From: an uncultured Bacteroidota bacterium
GTDB lineage: Bacteria > Bacteroidota > Bacteroidia > Chitinophagales > Chitinophagaceae
Direction of reading: 5' to 3'
Length of the DNA stretch: 64,000 bases
NCBI GenBank assembly: GCA_903837525.1
Contig: CAILUU010000033.1
Location: 23,310-87,309 of the forward strand
In this document: positions 49,424 to 58,766 of the stretch, one piece after another
How positions within the stretch are numbered: position 1 is the stretch's first letter
Layout of the letters: each line of letters starts with the position of its first letter
Program-made: the position numbers and the translations under genes
The notes under the pieces: generated by a model
Told to the model about the DNA's origin: nothing
The model's database searches: none
Seen by the model: the letters and a program-made list of their open reading frames with translations, nothing else

Positions 49424-50815
49424 ATGTCAGTTGAATTAGAGCAAATATCATTACAAAAACAATTTGAAGAAGTAATAGCCTCTGAGGATAAGTTACGCAT
49501 TCAAGAATTTTTAAATGATCAAAACATTAGTGATGTTGCTGATATTTTATACGATAATGAAGATTACGAAGGACAAATAATTGCTCATTTATCTATTCAT
49601 AGGGCAACTAGTGTGTTTAAAATTTTAGATACATCTACCCAAAAAAGAATAATAAAAGATTTACCTGCTTTTAAAACAACCGAGCTTTTAAATGAATTAC
49701 CTATAGATGACCGAGTAGCATTTTTAGAAGAATTACCTACTAGTATTGTTAGAGATTTAATAAAAACACTTGGGGTAGAGGAAAGAAAGGAAACGCTGGA
49801 GGTATTAGGCTATCCAGAAAATAGTGTAGGTAGAATAATGACACCAGATTATGTTTATGTGTATGAAGATAATACAGTAAGTGAGGTATTAGATATTGTA
49901 CGAAAATTTGGCAAAAGCAGCGAAACAATTGACGTTATTTATGTAATTAACGAAAAAGATGAGTTGTTAGATGATATTAGAATTAAAGAAATTATACTGG
50001 CTGCCCCCACAAAAAAAGTAAACGAAATTATGGATGGCAGGTTTATTGCCCTTAATGTAACCGATGACCAAGAAGTAGCCAGCGAAGTATTTAAAATGAA
50101 TAATCGGGTAGCCTTACCCGTTACAGATAAAAATAATATTTTATTAGGTATTGTTACTATTGATGATATACTTTGGATAGCCGAAGAAGAGTACAGTGAG
50201 GATATTCAAAAAATTGGTGGTACCGAAGCATTAGATGAACCCTACACTGAAATGCCTCTTTTTAAATTGTATAAAAAAAGAGTAATTTGGTTAATTATTT
50301 TATTTTTTGGAGAGTTAATAACTATAAGTGCCATGCAACAATTTCAAAATGAAATTGCAAAAGTGGTTTTATTAGCAACCTTTATTCCTTTAATTATTTC
50401 GAGTGGTGGTAATAGTGGCTCTCAAGCCTCTACTTTAATAATTCAAGCCATGGCTTTAGGAGAAGTTACCATAGCTGACTGGTGGAAAATAATACGAAGA
50501 GAAATTTTTAGTGGTTTATTGTTAGGTGGAACATTAGCATTACTAGGTTTTGGGGTAATAACTGTTTGGCACTTATTTTCTCCTCAAACATTTGGCATTT
50601 ACTATTTACATATTGCTTTAACTATTAGTGTATCTGTTTTGGGTGTAGTTCTTTGGGGTACATTAGTAGGCTCTACCTTACCACTTTTATTAAAACGATT
50701 AGGTGCCGATCCTGCAGCTTCTTCTACCCCATTTGTAGCTACATTGGTTGATGTTACAGGTTTACTCATTTATTTTTCGATGGCATTTTTATTTTTAAAA
50801 GGGATTTTATTGTAG
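49424..50815 (+). CDS. mgtE: magnesium transporter MgtE
   Basis: MgtE N-domain, tandem CBS domains and a C-terminal TM domain with SSGGNSGSQ. Confidence 0.95.
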   Translation: MSVELEQISLQKQFEEVIASEDKLRIQEFLNDQNISDVADILYDNEDYEGQIIAHLSIHRATSVFKILDTSTQKRIIKDLPAFKTTELLNELPIDDRVAFLEELPTSIVRDLIKTLGVEERKETLEVLGYPENSVGRIMTPDYVYVYEDNTVSEVLDIVRKFGKSSETIDVIYVINEKDELLDDIRIKEIILAAPTKKVNEIMDGRFIALNVTDDQEVASEVFKMNNRVALPVTDKNNILLGIVTIDDILWIAEEEYSEDIQKIGGTEALDEPYTEMPLFKLYKKRVIWLIILFFGELITISAMQQFQNEIAKVVLLATFIPLIISSGGNSGSQASTLIIQAMALGEVTIADWWKIIRREIFSGLLLGGTLALLGFGVITVWHLFSPQTFGIYYLHIALTISVSVLGVVLWGTLVGSTLPLLLKRLGADPAASSTPFVATLVDVTGLLIYFSMAFLFLKGILL

Positions 50816-50836
50816 GTAGTGTTGCATTTGTAAGAA

Positions 50837-52891
50837 CTATCTTATTAATATCGATGTTCCTTTTTGTTCGATTCGCTTTCCGGTATCTGGATTAATAAAG
50901 GAAAGCATCCACACATAAGTTGCAGGGTCGGCACCTTGTCCTTTGAATTTTCCATCCCATTGTTTTAGCCAATCTCTGGTTTCAAAAACTAGTTGCCCAA
51001 ACCTATTATATACTCTAAATAATAAGTCTTTTACCTTGTAAGCATTTAATGGATATAAGAAATCATTTAACCCATCACCATTAGGTGTAAACGCATTGGG
51101 TACTGCAATAAAACAACTGCCTGCCACTCTTATTTTTTGAAAGCTAGAGTCTTTACAACCTGTACTGCTGCTAACTACAAGCTTTACCAACACATCGGTA
51201 AATGCTAAGTTAGTAGAATAGATATGTGGTAGTGGGTTAGGTAAAATGCTTGTAGTATTATCTCCAAAATTCCATAAATAGTTACTTATATTGCCTGTAC
51301 TGGTATTGGTAAAAGTAGCTAAGTCGTTAGGGCAAACAATAGTAGTGGCTTCAAATTTAGCTTTTATAGCATCAGGTAATACTATAGATATTTTAGCAGA
51401 TGTATCGGTGCAAGTTCCATTGCTAACAATTAATTGTGCAGTTTTTAAACCAAATGTTCCGTACAAAATTTGAGGGTTTTGTAGGGCACTTCTTCGTAAG
51501 TCATCAAAATTCCATTTCCAACTGGTCACTTCATTTGAGGCATTGTGTAAATAATTTATAGTATCTCTTTTACATCCATAAAAAATATTGTATGCAAAAT
51601 CTGCATTCACCGTATCTTTTGTATTGAAAGATAAGGATTGTCCAGGTATACTTTCTTTACCACACTCATCAATTATTGTAGTACCATCTATGCCTGTTTG
51701 AAGTGTAATGTTGAAATTGCCTTTTACTTGTATGGGCTGTGTAAATTTTACTCTAATTATATTGCTTAGACCTTTTGCATCGCAATTAAAACCAGCAGCA
51801 CTCAATATAGTAACAGGGGAGGTACCTGTAATAACAAAATCGCTACCATTTGGGGCTACAGAAGCACAACGAATTCTCTTTCTAAAAACAAATTCTACTT
51901 CATCTGGGGCACATTTAATGACTTTTGTAATGCTATCCATTGGTGTTGGAAATTGCGGAAAAATTGTAACAGGTATTGTTTCACCGTCGGGTACTCCTTT
52001 ATTGCAATTATCAACAATGGTATTTCCATCTGCACCAGTACGTATGGTTATATCATAAGTGCCTGGGGGCAGCGGTGCATCTAATGTAAGTAATAACGAA
52101 TCCATATCAAAACTGCCTGTACAGCCAATGGCTACCGCCGAAATTACATTTGCAATAGGAGGCGAAATAGTAAACTCAGATCCATCTGCTAGCAAACTTG
52201 CACACTTCATACGTTTGTTTAATTTAATGGTAGTTTCTGTACCATCGCAAGCAGCTCTTGCACTTTCTAGGTGAGGATCTTTGGGATCGGTTATACTTGC
52301 TGTTCCGCCGCCAAACGATAAATCATATCCAATAAAACTTTGAGAAAAATTTGCAACCATTAATAAATAATCATGCCCAATAATAATAGTAGGCATTCTA
52401 TTATATGGGGTGTTTCCGGGTGCATCTCCTTCGCAATGAAAATCGCCGCTAGCACCTGCCTTACATCCAGTGGGGGAATTATCAAAAGGAGCACCTCCAC
52501 TTGTACCCACTATGGTACCATAAATATTCATAGAAACTTGTAAAGAGGCATTACTAAAAACAGCATTTGGATTTTGGCCTGTTACATCATACAAAATCCA
52601 ATCATAATCATCGGCACTGTTTAAACCACTTATTAAAAAACCCAGAGTGCCACTTTGAAAGCAACGAAATTTATACCAAAACGAACGTTCGGATGTTACA
52701 CCAATTGCACAAAAACTTTGTGCTACATTTTGATTACCACAATCAAAAACTTGATCTTGCCTAAAAACGGACGTACCGCAAACAGGTATAGCAGTGGAAG
52801 GGGTTAAACCAAGTGTGGTACACTGTGCAGAAGTTTTATTTGCACTAAAAAAAGAAGTAAAAAAAATAAATAGAAAGGGAATTAGCTTCAT
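50837..52891 (-). CDS. secreted surface protein with PKD-like domains and a T9SS type-B (gliding-motility-associated) C-terminal sorting domain
   Basis: Signal peptide, W.FGD PKD signatures, and a C-terminal PNAFTPNGDGLND.....V.NR.G..VF motif. Confidence 0.85.
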   Translation of the reverse strand: MKLIPFLFIFFTSFFSANKTSAQCTTLGLTPSTAIPVCGTSVFRQDQVFDCGNQNVAQSFCAIGVTSERSFWYKFRCFQSGTLGFLISGLNSADDYDWILYDVTGQNPNAVFSNASLQVSMNIYGTIVGTSGGAPFDNSPTGCKAGASGDFHCEGDAPGNTPYNRMPTIIIGHDYLLMVANFSQSFIGYDLSFGGGTASITDPKDPHLESARAACDGTETTIKLNKRMKCASLLADGSEFTISPPIANVISAVAIGCTGSFDMDSLLLTLDAPLPPGTYDITIRTGADGNTIVDNCNKGVPDGETIPVTIFPQFPTPMDSITKVIKCAPDEVEFVFRKRIRCASVAPNGSDFVITGTSPVTILSAAGFNCDAKGLSNIIRVKFTQPIQVKGNFNITLQTGIDGTTIIDECGKESIPGQSLSFNTKDTVNADFAYNIFYGCKRDTINYLHNASNEVTSWKWNFDDLRRSALQNPQILYGTFGLKTAQLIVSNGTCTDTSAKISIVLPDAIKAKFEATTIVCPNDLATFTNTSTGNISNYLWNFGDNTTSILPNPLPHIYSTNLAFTDVLVKLVVSSSTGCKDSSFQKIRVAGSCFIAVPNAFTPNGDGLNDFLYPLNAYKVKDLLFRVYNRFGQLVFETRDWLKQWDGKFKGQGADPATYVWMLSFINPDTGKRIEQKGTSILIR

Positions 52892-52958
52892 TAGTATAAA
52901 ATTACGTAATTCTGTACAAGAAGGATGCCTAATATTTTGTTATTTCATAAATCGAATC

Positions 52959-55550
52959 CTATTTCAACTTTCCTTTTATCTCTTGTAACTTTATTAACGC
53001 CTCCACTGGGGTAAGTCTATTAATATCAACCGTTTCAAGTATGGTTCTTATTTCATCAAAAGTAGCAGAGTGGGCGTCAAAAATACTTAGTTGCATTTTA
53101 GGAAGGGCTAAATTTTTAACCACTTCGTCTTTATTGCCTCCCTCCCTACTATCTTCTAATTGTTTTAAAATTTCGTTGGCTCTATCTATCAAACTAGGCG
53201 GCATACCTGCCATACGAGCAACATGTATACCAAAGCTATGGGTACTACCACCGGGGGCAAGTTTGCGTAAAAAAATAATTTTATTCCCTACTTCTTTATT
53301 GGTTACATGATAGTTTTTTACAGTGGATAATTTATCTTCTAATTCGTTTAACTCGTGGTAATGTGTAGCAAATAATGTTTTGGGTTGATGAACAGATTTT
53401 TGCAAAAACTCTACAATACTCCAAGCAATGCTTATACCATCGTAAGTACTGGTGCCTCTACCAATTTCATCTAACAAAATCAAACTTTTTTCGGTAATGT
53501 TATTAATGATACTTGCCGTTTCATTCATCTCCACCATAAACGTACTTTCACCACCACTAAGGTTGTCGCTTGCTCCTACCCTTGTAAAAATTTTATCCGT
53601 TAGCGGAATTTTTGCTTCGCTTGCTGGTACAAAACTACCCATATGTGCAAGCAGAGTTATTAGTGCTGTTTGCCTCAGTATGGCACTTTTACCACTCATA
53701 TTTGGCCCCGTTAAAATTATTATTTGTTGGGTAGATGGATCTAAGTAAATATCATTTGCAATATACGTTTCGCCAACCGCTAAGTTTTTTTCAATTACTG
53801 GGTGGCGACTGTCTTTTAAATTTAAAATATTATTGGTAGTAAGTGTTGGCTTTTTGTAATTAGATAAAAGTGCATTATTTGCAAAGCAACTCAAACAATC
53901 TAACACAGCCATTACATGTCCATTTACTTGCATTGGGCTAATATAATCTTGCAATTCGTTTAGCAAACTTTCAAATAATTGAATTTCAATTGCAAAAATT
54001 TTATCTTCTGCTCCTAAAATTTTTTCTTCGTACTCTTTTAACTCTGGTGTTATGTAGCGTTCGGCATTGGCAAGGGTTTGCTTACGTATCCATGTATCGG
54101 GCACTTTTGATTTATGCAAATTAGTTACCTCTAAATAATAGCCAAACACATTATTAAAACTAATTTTTAACGAAGATATTCCTGTTGCTAATGCCTCTTT
54201 TTGTTGCAGTTCAATTAAATAATCTTTACCGCCATTCGCTATGTTTTTTAACGAATCTAATTCTTCATTTATTCCGGAAGCAATCATGCCTCCTTTGTTG
54301 GCAAGGGCAGGTGGATTTTCAACAATTTCCTTTGATATTTTTTCTAGAATATATTTGCAAGGATTTAACGAATCGCCTAGTCGTTTTAAATATTCGTTAG
54401 TACTGTTTTCACAAAAGGATTTTATGGCATCTGTTTGTTGCAAACCTTTAGCAATTTGCAACACTTCTCTTGGGTTAATTTTTTTAAGCGGCACTTTACT
54501 CACCAGTCTTTCTACATCGCCAGCTTGTTTTATGTGTTGCGTAAGTTTTGCACGTAAGTCTGTTTCTTTTATAAGATATTCTACCGTATTTAAGCGTTCG
54601 TTAATTTTTGAAAAATTATTCAATGGCATTAGCATCCATCGCTTCAAAAGCCTTGCCCCCATTGGGCTTACTGTAGTATCTATTACTTTTAATAAACTTG
54701 TATTTCCTTCTGTGCCCAATAATTCTAAATTACGAATGGTAAATCTATCCATCCATAAATGGTCGTCTTTATCTATACGTTGTAAGCTTGTTATATGTGC
54801 AAGATTAGGATGCTCCGTATCTTTTAAATAATGTAAAATTGCTCCGGCTGCAATTATTCCTTCTTTTAAACTTTCTACCCCAAAACCTTTTAAACTATGT
54901 GTACCAAAATGTTTTAATAAACTTTCTGTTGCATATACATCTGCAAAAATCCATTCATCTAATCCGTACGTAAAAAATTTTACACCAAATAAGTCTTTAA
55001 ACAGTTTTTGTTTGTTTCGAACAAAAATAACTTCGGCTGGTTTAAGGCTTTGTAATAATTTATCGGCATATGACTCATCGCCTTCAGCAATAAAAAATTC
55101 ACCTGTACTAATATCTAAAAAAGCAACCCCAATTTTTGTTTCCCCAAAATGTAAGGCAGCTAAAAAATTATTGCTGTTATGTTCTAATAATTTATCGTTG
55201 GTAGCAACACCTGGTGTAACCAATTCTGTAACGCCACGTTTTACAATTCCTTTAGCTTGCTTTGGGTCTTCTAATTGATCGCAAATGGCAACACGGTAGC
55301 CAGCTTTTACAAGTTTATGCAAATAAGTATCTAATGCATGATGAGGAAAACCTGCCAGTTGAGATGAATCTGCATTTCCATTATTACGTTTAGTTAACGT
55401 AATTCCTAATACCTGTGATGTTATTACAGCATCTTGCCCAAAGGTTTCGTAAAAATCTCCTACTCTAAACAACAAAATGGCATCTGGGTACTTTGCCTTT
55501 ATGGCATTGTGTTGTTGCATTAAAGGAGTTTCGGCAGTTGCTTTGGCCAT
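52959..55550 (-). CDS. mutS: DNA mismatch repair protein MutS
   Basis: TPLM.Q....K....D..L.FR.GDFYE.F N-terminus and Walker A GPNM.GKS. ATG 55550 is preferred over the track start at 55631. Confidence 0.96.
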   Translation of the reverse strand: MAKATAETPLMQQHNAIKAKYPDAILLFRVGDFYETFGQDAVITSQVLGITLTKRNNGNADSSQLAGFPHHALDTYLHKLVKAGYRVAICDQLEDPKQAKGIVKRGVTELVTPGVATNDKLLEHNSNNFLAALHFGETKIGVAFLDISTGEFFIAEGDESYADKLLQSLKPAEVIFVRNKQKLFKDLFGVKFFTYGLDEWIFADVYATESLLKHFGTHSLKGFGVESLKEGIIAAGAILHYLKDTEHPNLAHITSLQRIDKDDHLWMDRFTIRNLELLGTEGNTSLLKVIDTTVSPMGARLLKRWMLMPLNNFSKINERLNTVEYLIKETDLRAKLTQHIKQAGDVERLVSKVPLKKINPREVLQIAKGLQQTDAIKSFCENSTNEYLKRLGDSLNPCKYILEKISKEIVENPPALANKGGMIASGINEELDSLKNIANGGKDYLIELQQKEALATGISSLKISFNNVFGYYLEVTNLHKSKVPDTWIRKQTLANAERYITPELKEYEEKILGAEDKIFAIEIQLFESLLNELQDYISPMQVNGHVMAVLDCLSCFANNALLSNYKKPTLTTNNILNLKDSRHPVIEKNLAVGETYIANDIYLDPSTQQIIILTGPNMSGKSAILRQTALITLLAHMGSFVPASEAKIPLTDKIFTRVGASDNLSGGESTFMVEMNETASIINNITEKSLILLDEIGRGTSTYDGISIAWSIVEFLQKSVHQPKTLFATHYHELNELEDKLSTVKNYHVTNKEVGNKIIFLRKLAPGGSTHSFGIHVARMAGMPPSLIDRANEILKQLEDSREGGNKDEVVKNLALPKMQLSIFDAHSATFDEIRTILETVDINRLTPVEALIKLQEIKGKLK

Positions 55551-55555
55551 AGGGG

Positions 55556-55563
55556 CAAAATTA
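55556..55563 (-). promoter_or_regulatory. candidate -7 box (TAATTTTG on the minus strand) for mutS
   Basis: Reverse complement of caaaatta, 5 nt upstream of ATG 55550. Confidence 0.4.
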
Positions 55564-55699
55564 GGGAATGGAACGCTGATTTGTAGGATTGTTAAGCATA
55601 AGAAAGATAAAAAACAAAAAATATTAACCATTTTAACTCTTAACAGTTTATTAAGTAATTCATTTTAAACCAACGTTATGCAAATCGATCTATTACTAG

Positions 55700-55707
55700 T
55701 ATCTTTG
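55700..55707 (+). promoter_or_regulatory. candidate -7 box (TATCTTTG) for the LolA-like gene
   Basis: TAnnTTTG match 41 nt upstream of ATG 55749. Confidence 0.4.
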
Positions 55708-55748
55708 CAACCGTTCTAAAATGGTGGCTTTTAATTAAATTATGTAGA

Positions 55749-56405
55749 ATGAAAAAACGTATTGGTGGATTAATTTTTCTTGTTTTAGCGGTTTTTATAG
55801 TAAATGCACAACCTCCAAAAGGTATGGGGAAAAGCGACCCAGAGGCTAAAAAGATATTAGATGCTGTAAGTGCTAAATTTAAAACCTTTAAAGCTATTCA
55901 ATCAAAATTTACCTTAAAAGCAGAAAATGGTTTGGGCAAGGTTTTAACCAACAAAACAGGAACGGTTTATATGAAAGGTAGTAAATACCGAATAAATGTT
56001 ACTGGGCAAGAAATTTTTTGTGACGGCAATACTGTTTGGACTTTAGATAAGGCTGCTAAGGAAGTAACCGTTAGTAAATATGAAGTTGGAAGTAATACCA
56101 TTACTCCGCAAAAAATACTAACTAATTTTTATGATAAGGATTTTTTATACCGTTTAGTAAGCGAAGCAAAGGTGCTACAAGAAATTGAGTTAACCCCAAT
56201 TGATAAAAGCAAACCTTTTCATAAAGTGGTAGTAAGTATAAATAAGGCTACACAAACTATTAGCAGTACAAAAGTGTTTGAAAAAACAGGTAATAAATAT
56301 ACCTACACGGTTAGCGGAATGAATACAAACGCTACCGTTACCGATGCTCAGTTTGTATTTGATGCTAAAAAATATCCGGGCTTTGAGGTAGTGGATTTAA
56401 GGTAA
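55749..56405 (+). CDS. LolA-like outer-membrane lipoprotein carrier family protein
   Basis: Signal peptide; F....F.L.......G.VY.KG.KYR......EI.CDG...W pattern; 218 aa. Confidence 0.7.
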   Translation: MKKRIGGLIFLVLAVFIVNAQPPKGMGKSDPEAKKILDAVSAKFKTFKAIQSKFTLKAENGLGKVLTNKTGTVYMKGSKYRINVTGQEIFCDGNTVWTLDKAAKEVTVSKYEVGSNTITPQKILTNFYDKDFLYRLVSEAKVLQEIELTPIDKSKPFHKVVVSINKATQTISSTKVFEKTGNKYTYTVSGMNTNATVTDAQFVFDAKKYPGFEVVDLR

Positions 56406-56458
56406 TAAATATTCCAAAAGATAAATAATATCTTCTAAAATTTTATGCATAAAAAAGG

Positions 56459-57037
56459 CTAATTTAAACGTGGTCTTTTTTTATTTCCCCATCTATAACT
56501 TTCTAATTTTAATCCCATTAAGTCAATAACTCTATCTACTACTGTAGCTGCTACTTCTTCAATGGTTTTAGGGTTACTATAAAAAGATGGAGTTGCAGGA
56601 CAAATAATTCCACCTGCTAGTGTAATAGTTTCCATGTTTTTTATATGTATTAAATTATAAGGAGTTTCTCTTGCTACGCAAATTAATTTTCTTCTTTCCT
56701 TTAATACAACATCAGCGGCCCTTGTTATTAAATCATTACTTATTCCGTTTGCTATTCTACCCAAAGTACCCATACTACATGGTATTAAAACCATCGTATT
56801 AAACTGTCCAGACCCAGAGGCAAAGGGTGCGGAAAAATCGTTTTGGCTATATAATTTTATGGGTAGATTTTTATACGCATCATTGCCTAATTCAGTTTGC
56901 CAAACATCTTTTGCATTTTCCGTCATTACCACAGCTAATTCATCCCATTGACTTTTTATAGCTAATAACTTAGATATCAATAAATTTGAATAAATTGATC
57001 CACTCGCCCCGGTAATAGCAATTAAAATTTTCTGCAT
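56459..57037 (-). CDS. ubiX: flavin prenyltransferase UbiX
   Basis: ILIAITGASGSIY N-terminus and PCSM.TL motif. Confidence 0.9.
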   Translation of the reverse strand: MQKILIAITGASGSIYSNLLISKLLAIKSQWDELAVVMTENAKDVWQTELGNDAYKNLPIKLYSQNDFSAPFASGSGQFNTMVLIPCSMGTLGRIANGISNDLITRAADVVLKERRKLICVARETPYNLIHIKNMETITLAGGIICPATPSFYSNPKTIEEVAATVVDRVIDLMGLKLESYRWGNKKRPRLN

Positions 57038-57342
57038 TTAATATAGATTTACGTACCTCTAAACTACTAAACAATTTCTTTCCGTAAAAAGTTATGGATT
57101 TGGTCATTTTTTTGACTTAACAGGTACTATTTATAATTGAACATTCGTGCACTTTAGCTTGAGTTTAAACTTTGTAACTTATAAAAAGAAATGCCTTTTA
57201 CGATTCCATCACATATGCATTATAAATTGATATCTAATTACTTATGTAAGTTACCAATCATGCAAATACCTTAACTGTCTATTTATACTTTGTAAAATAC
57301 ATATTATTGTTTAATTTATTTATTAAAAAAAATGTACAAAAT

Positions 57343-57777
57343 CTAAAAATTAGGTAATTCAGATATTGCATTAAACTGATCGTTATTATTTTCAAAAGCC
57401 ATACAATTAATTCCATTTGTGAGTATTATAAATTTGCTTTGTAAAAAACTATGGTAACCAAGCGTTTGGGTTAAAACTTTTTCAGTTAAAGCCACTTCCA
57501 TTTCTTTACATTCTATAAGCATCCAAGGATTAGAATTGGTATCGTACACAACAATATCAAAACGCTTTTTTAATCCATTAATTTTAATTTCTTTCTCTAC
57601 GGCAATTAGTGAGGATGGATACTTTTTTACTTGTATGATATAATTTAAAAAATTTTGCCTAACCCATTCTTCAGGGGTAAGTACAATCCATTGCTTACGT
57701 AACTTATCAAAAATAAATTCGCTGTTATTTTCTTTTTTAATTTGGGGTTGGTATGCTGGATAATCAATTTTTATCAT
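57343..57777 (-). CDS. stand-alone type I restriction enzyme HsdR N-terminal-like (PD-(D/E)xK nuclease fold) domain protein
   Basis: 144 aa. RFDIVVYD....PWMLIECK fits the D...ExK nuclease core of the HSDR_N family. Confidence 0.65.
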   Translation of the reverse strand: MIKIDYPAYQPQIKKENNSEFIFDKLRKQWIVLTPEEWVRQNFLNYIIQVKKYPSSLIAVEKEIKINGLKKRFDIVVYDTNSNPWMLIECKEMEVALTEKVLTQTLGYHSFLQSKFIILTNGINCMAFENNNDQFNAISELPNF

Positions 57778-57971
57778 TAAGGTTAAAAGAATTTAGTATT
57801 TTTATTGATTAAGATAAGTTTTTGATGTACACAAAGGTATGTGCTATCCATAAAACTTAAGGATACTTACTTAAAACTATCCTTAAATATTTAGGTAAAA
57901 ATGCATAAAAAAATATGTTGTAAACAACTATCTTACCATAAAATTTAAATAAATCCCAGTTAGGGTTAGGT

Positions 57972-58742
57972 ATGAAATCGAAAAAAGAAATAGTTGATAA
58001 TTGGCTGCCACGCTATACTGGCGAAACGTTAGAAAATTTTGGTAAATATATTTTATTAACCAATTTTAGTAATTATGTAAATATGTTTGCAGAGTGGAAT
58101 AATGTAGAAGTTGTAGGTAAAGATAGACCTATGCAATGTGCAACAGCTGGCGATATTACCATAATAAATTTTGGTATGGGAAGTCCGGGTGCCGCTACCA
58201 TCATGGATTTACTTAGCTCCATAGAGCCAAAGGCTGTATTATTTTTAGGCAAATGTGGTGGTTTAAAAAAACGTCACGAAATTGGTGATTTAATTTTGCC
58301 AATTGCCGCTATGAGAGGCGAAGGAACGAGTAATGATTATTTTCCGCCAATCGTGCCAGCATTACCAAGCTTTAGTTTACAAAAAGCAATAAGTACAACT
58401 ATAAGAGATAACGAAACTGATTATTGGACAGGCACAGTTTACACCACCAACCGCCGAGTGTGGGAGCATGATGATGAGTTTAAAACGTATTTAGAAAAAG
58501 TAAGAGCTTATGCCATTGATATGGAAACAGCTACAATATTCAGTGTTGGCTTTTACAATAAAATACCAACGGGTGCTTTGCTTTTAGTAAGCGATCAACC
58601 CATGGTGCCAGAAGGTGTAAAAACAGAAGCTAGTGATAAAAAAGTTACAGGTGCTTTTGTAGATAGGCATTTAAAAATTGGCATAGAATCGTTAAAGCAA
58701 TTAATAAATGATGGATTAACTGTGCGTCATTTAAAGTTTTAA
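57972..58742 (+). CDS. AMP nucleosidase-like nucleoside phosphorylase family protein (short form)
   Basis: WLPRYTG N-terminus and a PNP/UDP-type core (GMGSP.AA ... DMETA). Confidence 0.7.
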   Translation: MKSKKEIVDNWLPRYTGETLENFGKYILLTNFSNYVNMFAEWNNVEVVGKDRPMQCATAGDITIINFGMGSPGAATIMDLLSSIEPKAVLFLGKCGGLKKRHEIGDLILPIAAMRGEGTSNDYFPPIVPALPSFSLQKAISTTIRDNETDYWTGTVYTTNRRVWEHDDEFKTYLEKVRAYAIDMETATIFSVGFYNKIPTGALLLVSDQPMVPEGVKTEASDKKVTGAFVDRHLKIGIESLKQLINDGLTVRHLKF

Positions 58743-58766
58743 TACACGTTATTTTAACTACACAAA

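Noticed and set aside
54241-54831. 196-aa ORF (and neighbours 53041.., 53452.., 55012..) antisense to mutS.
   Set aside because: Same reasoning: antisense frames of a highly conserved gene, with low-complexity products.
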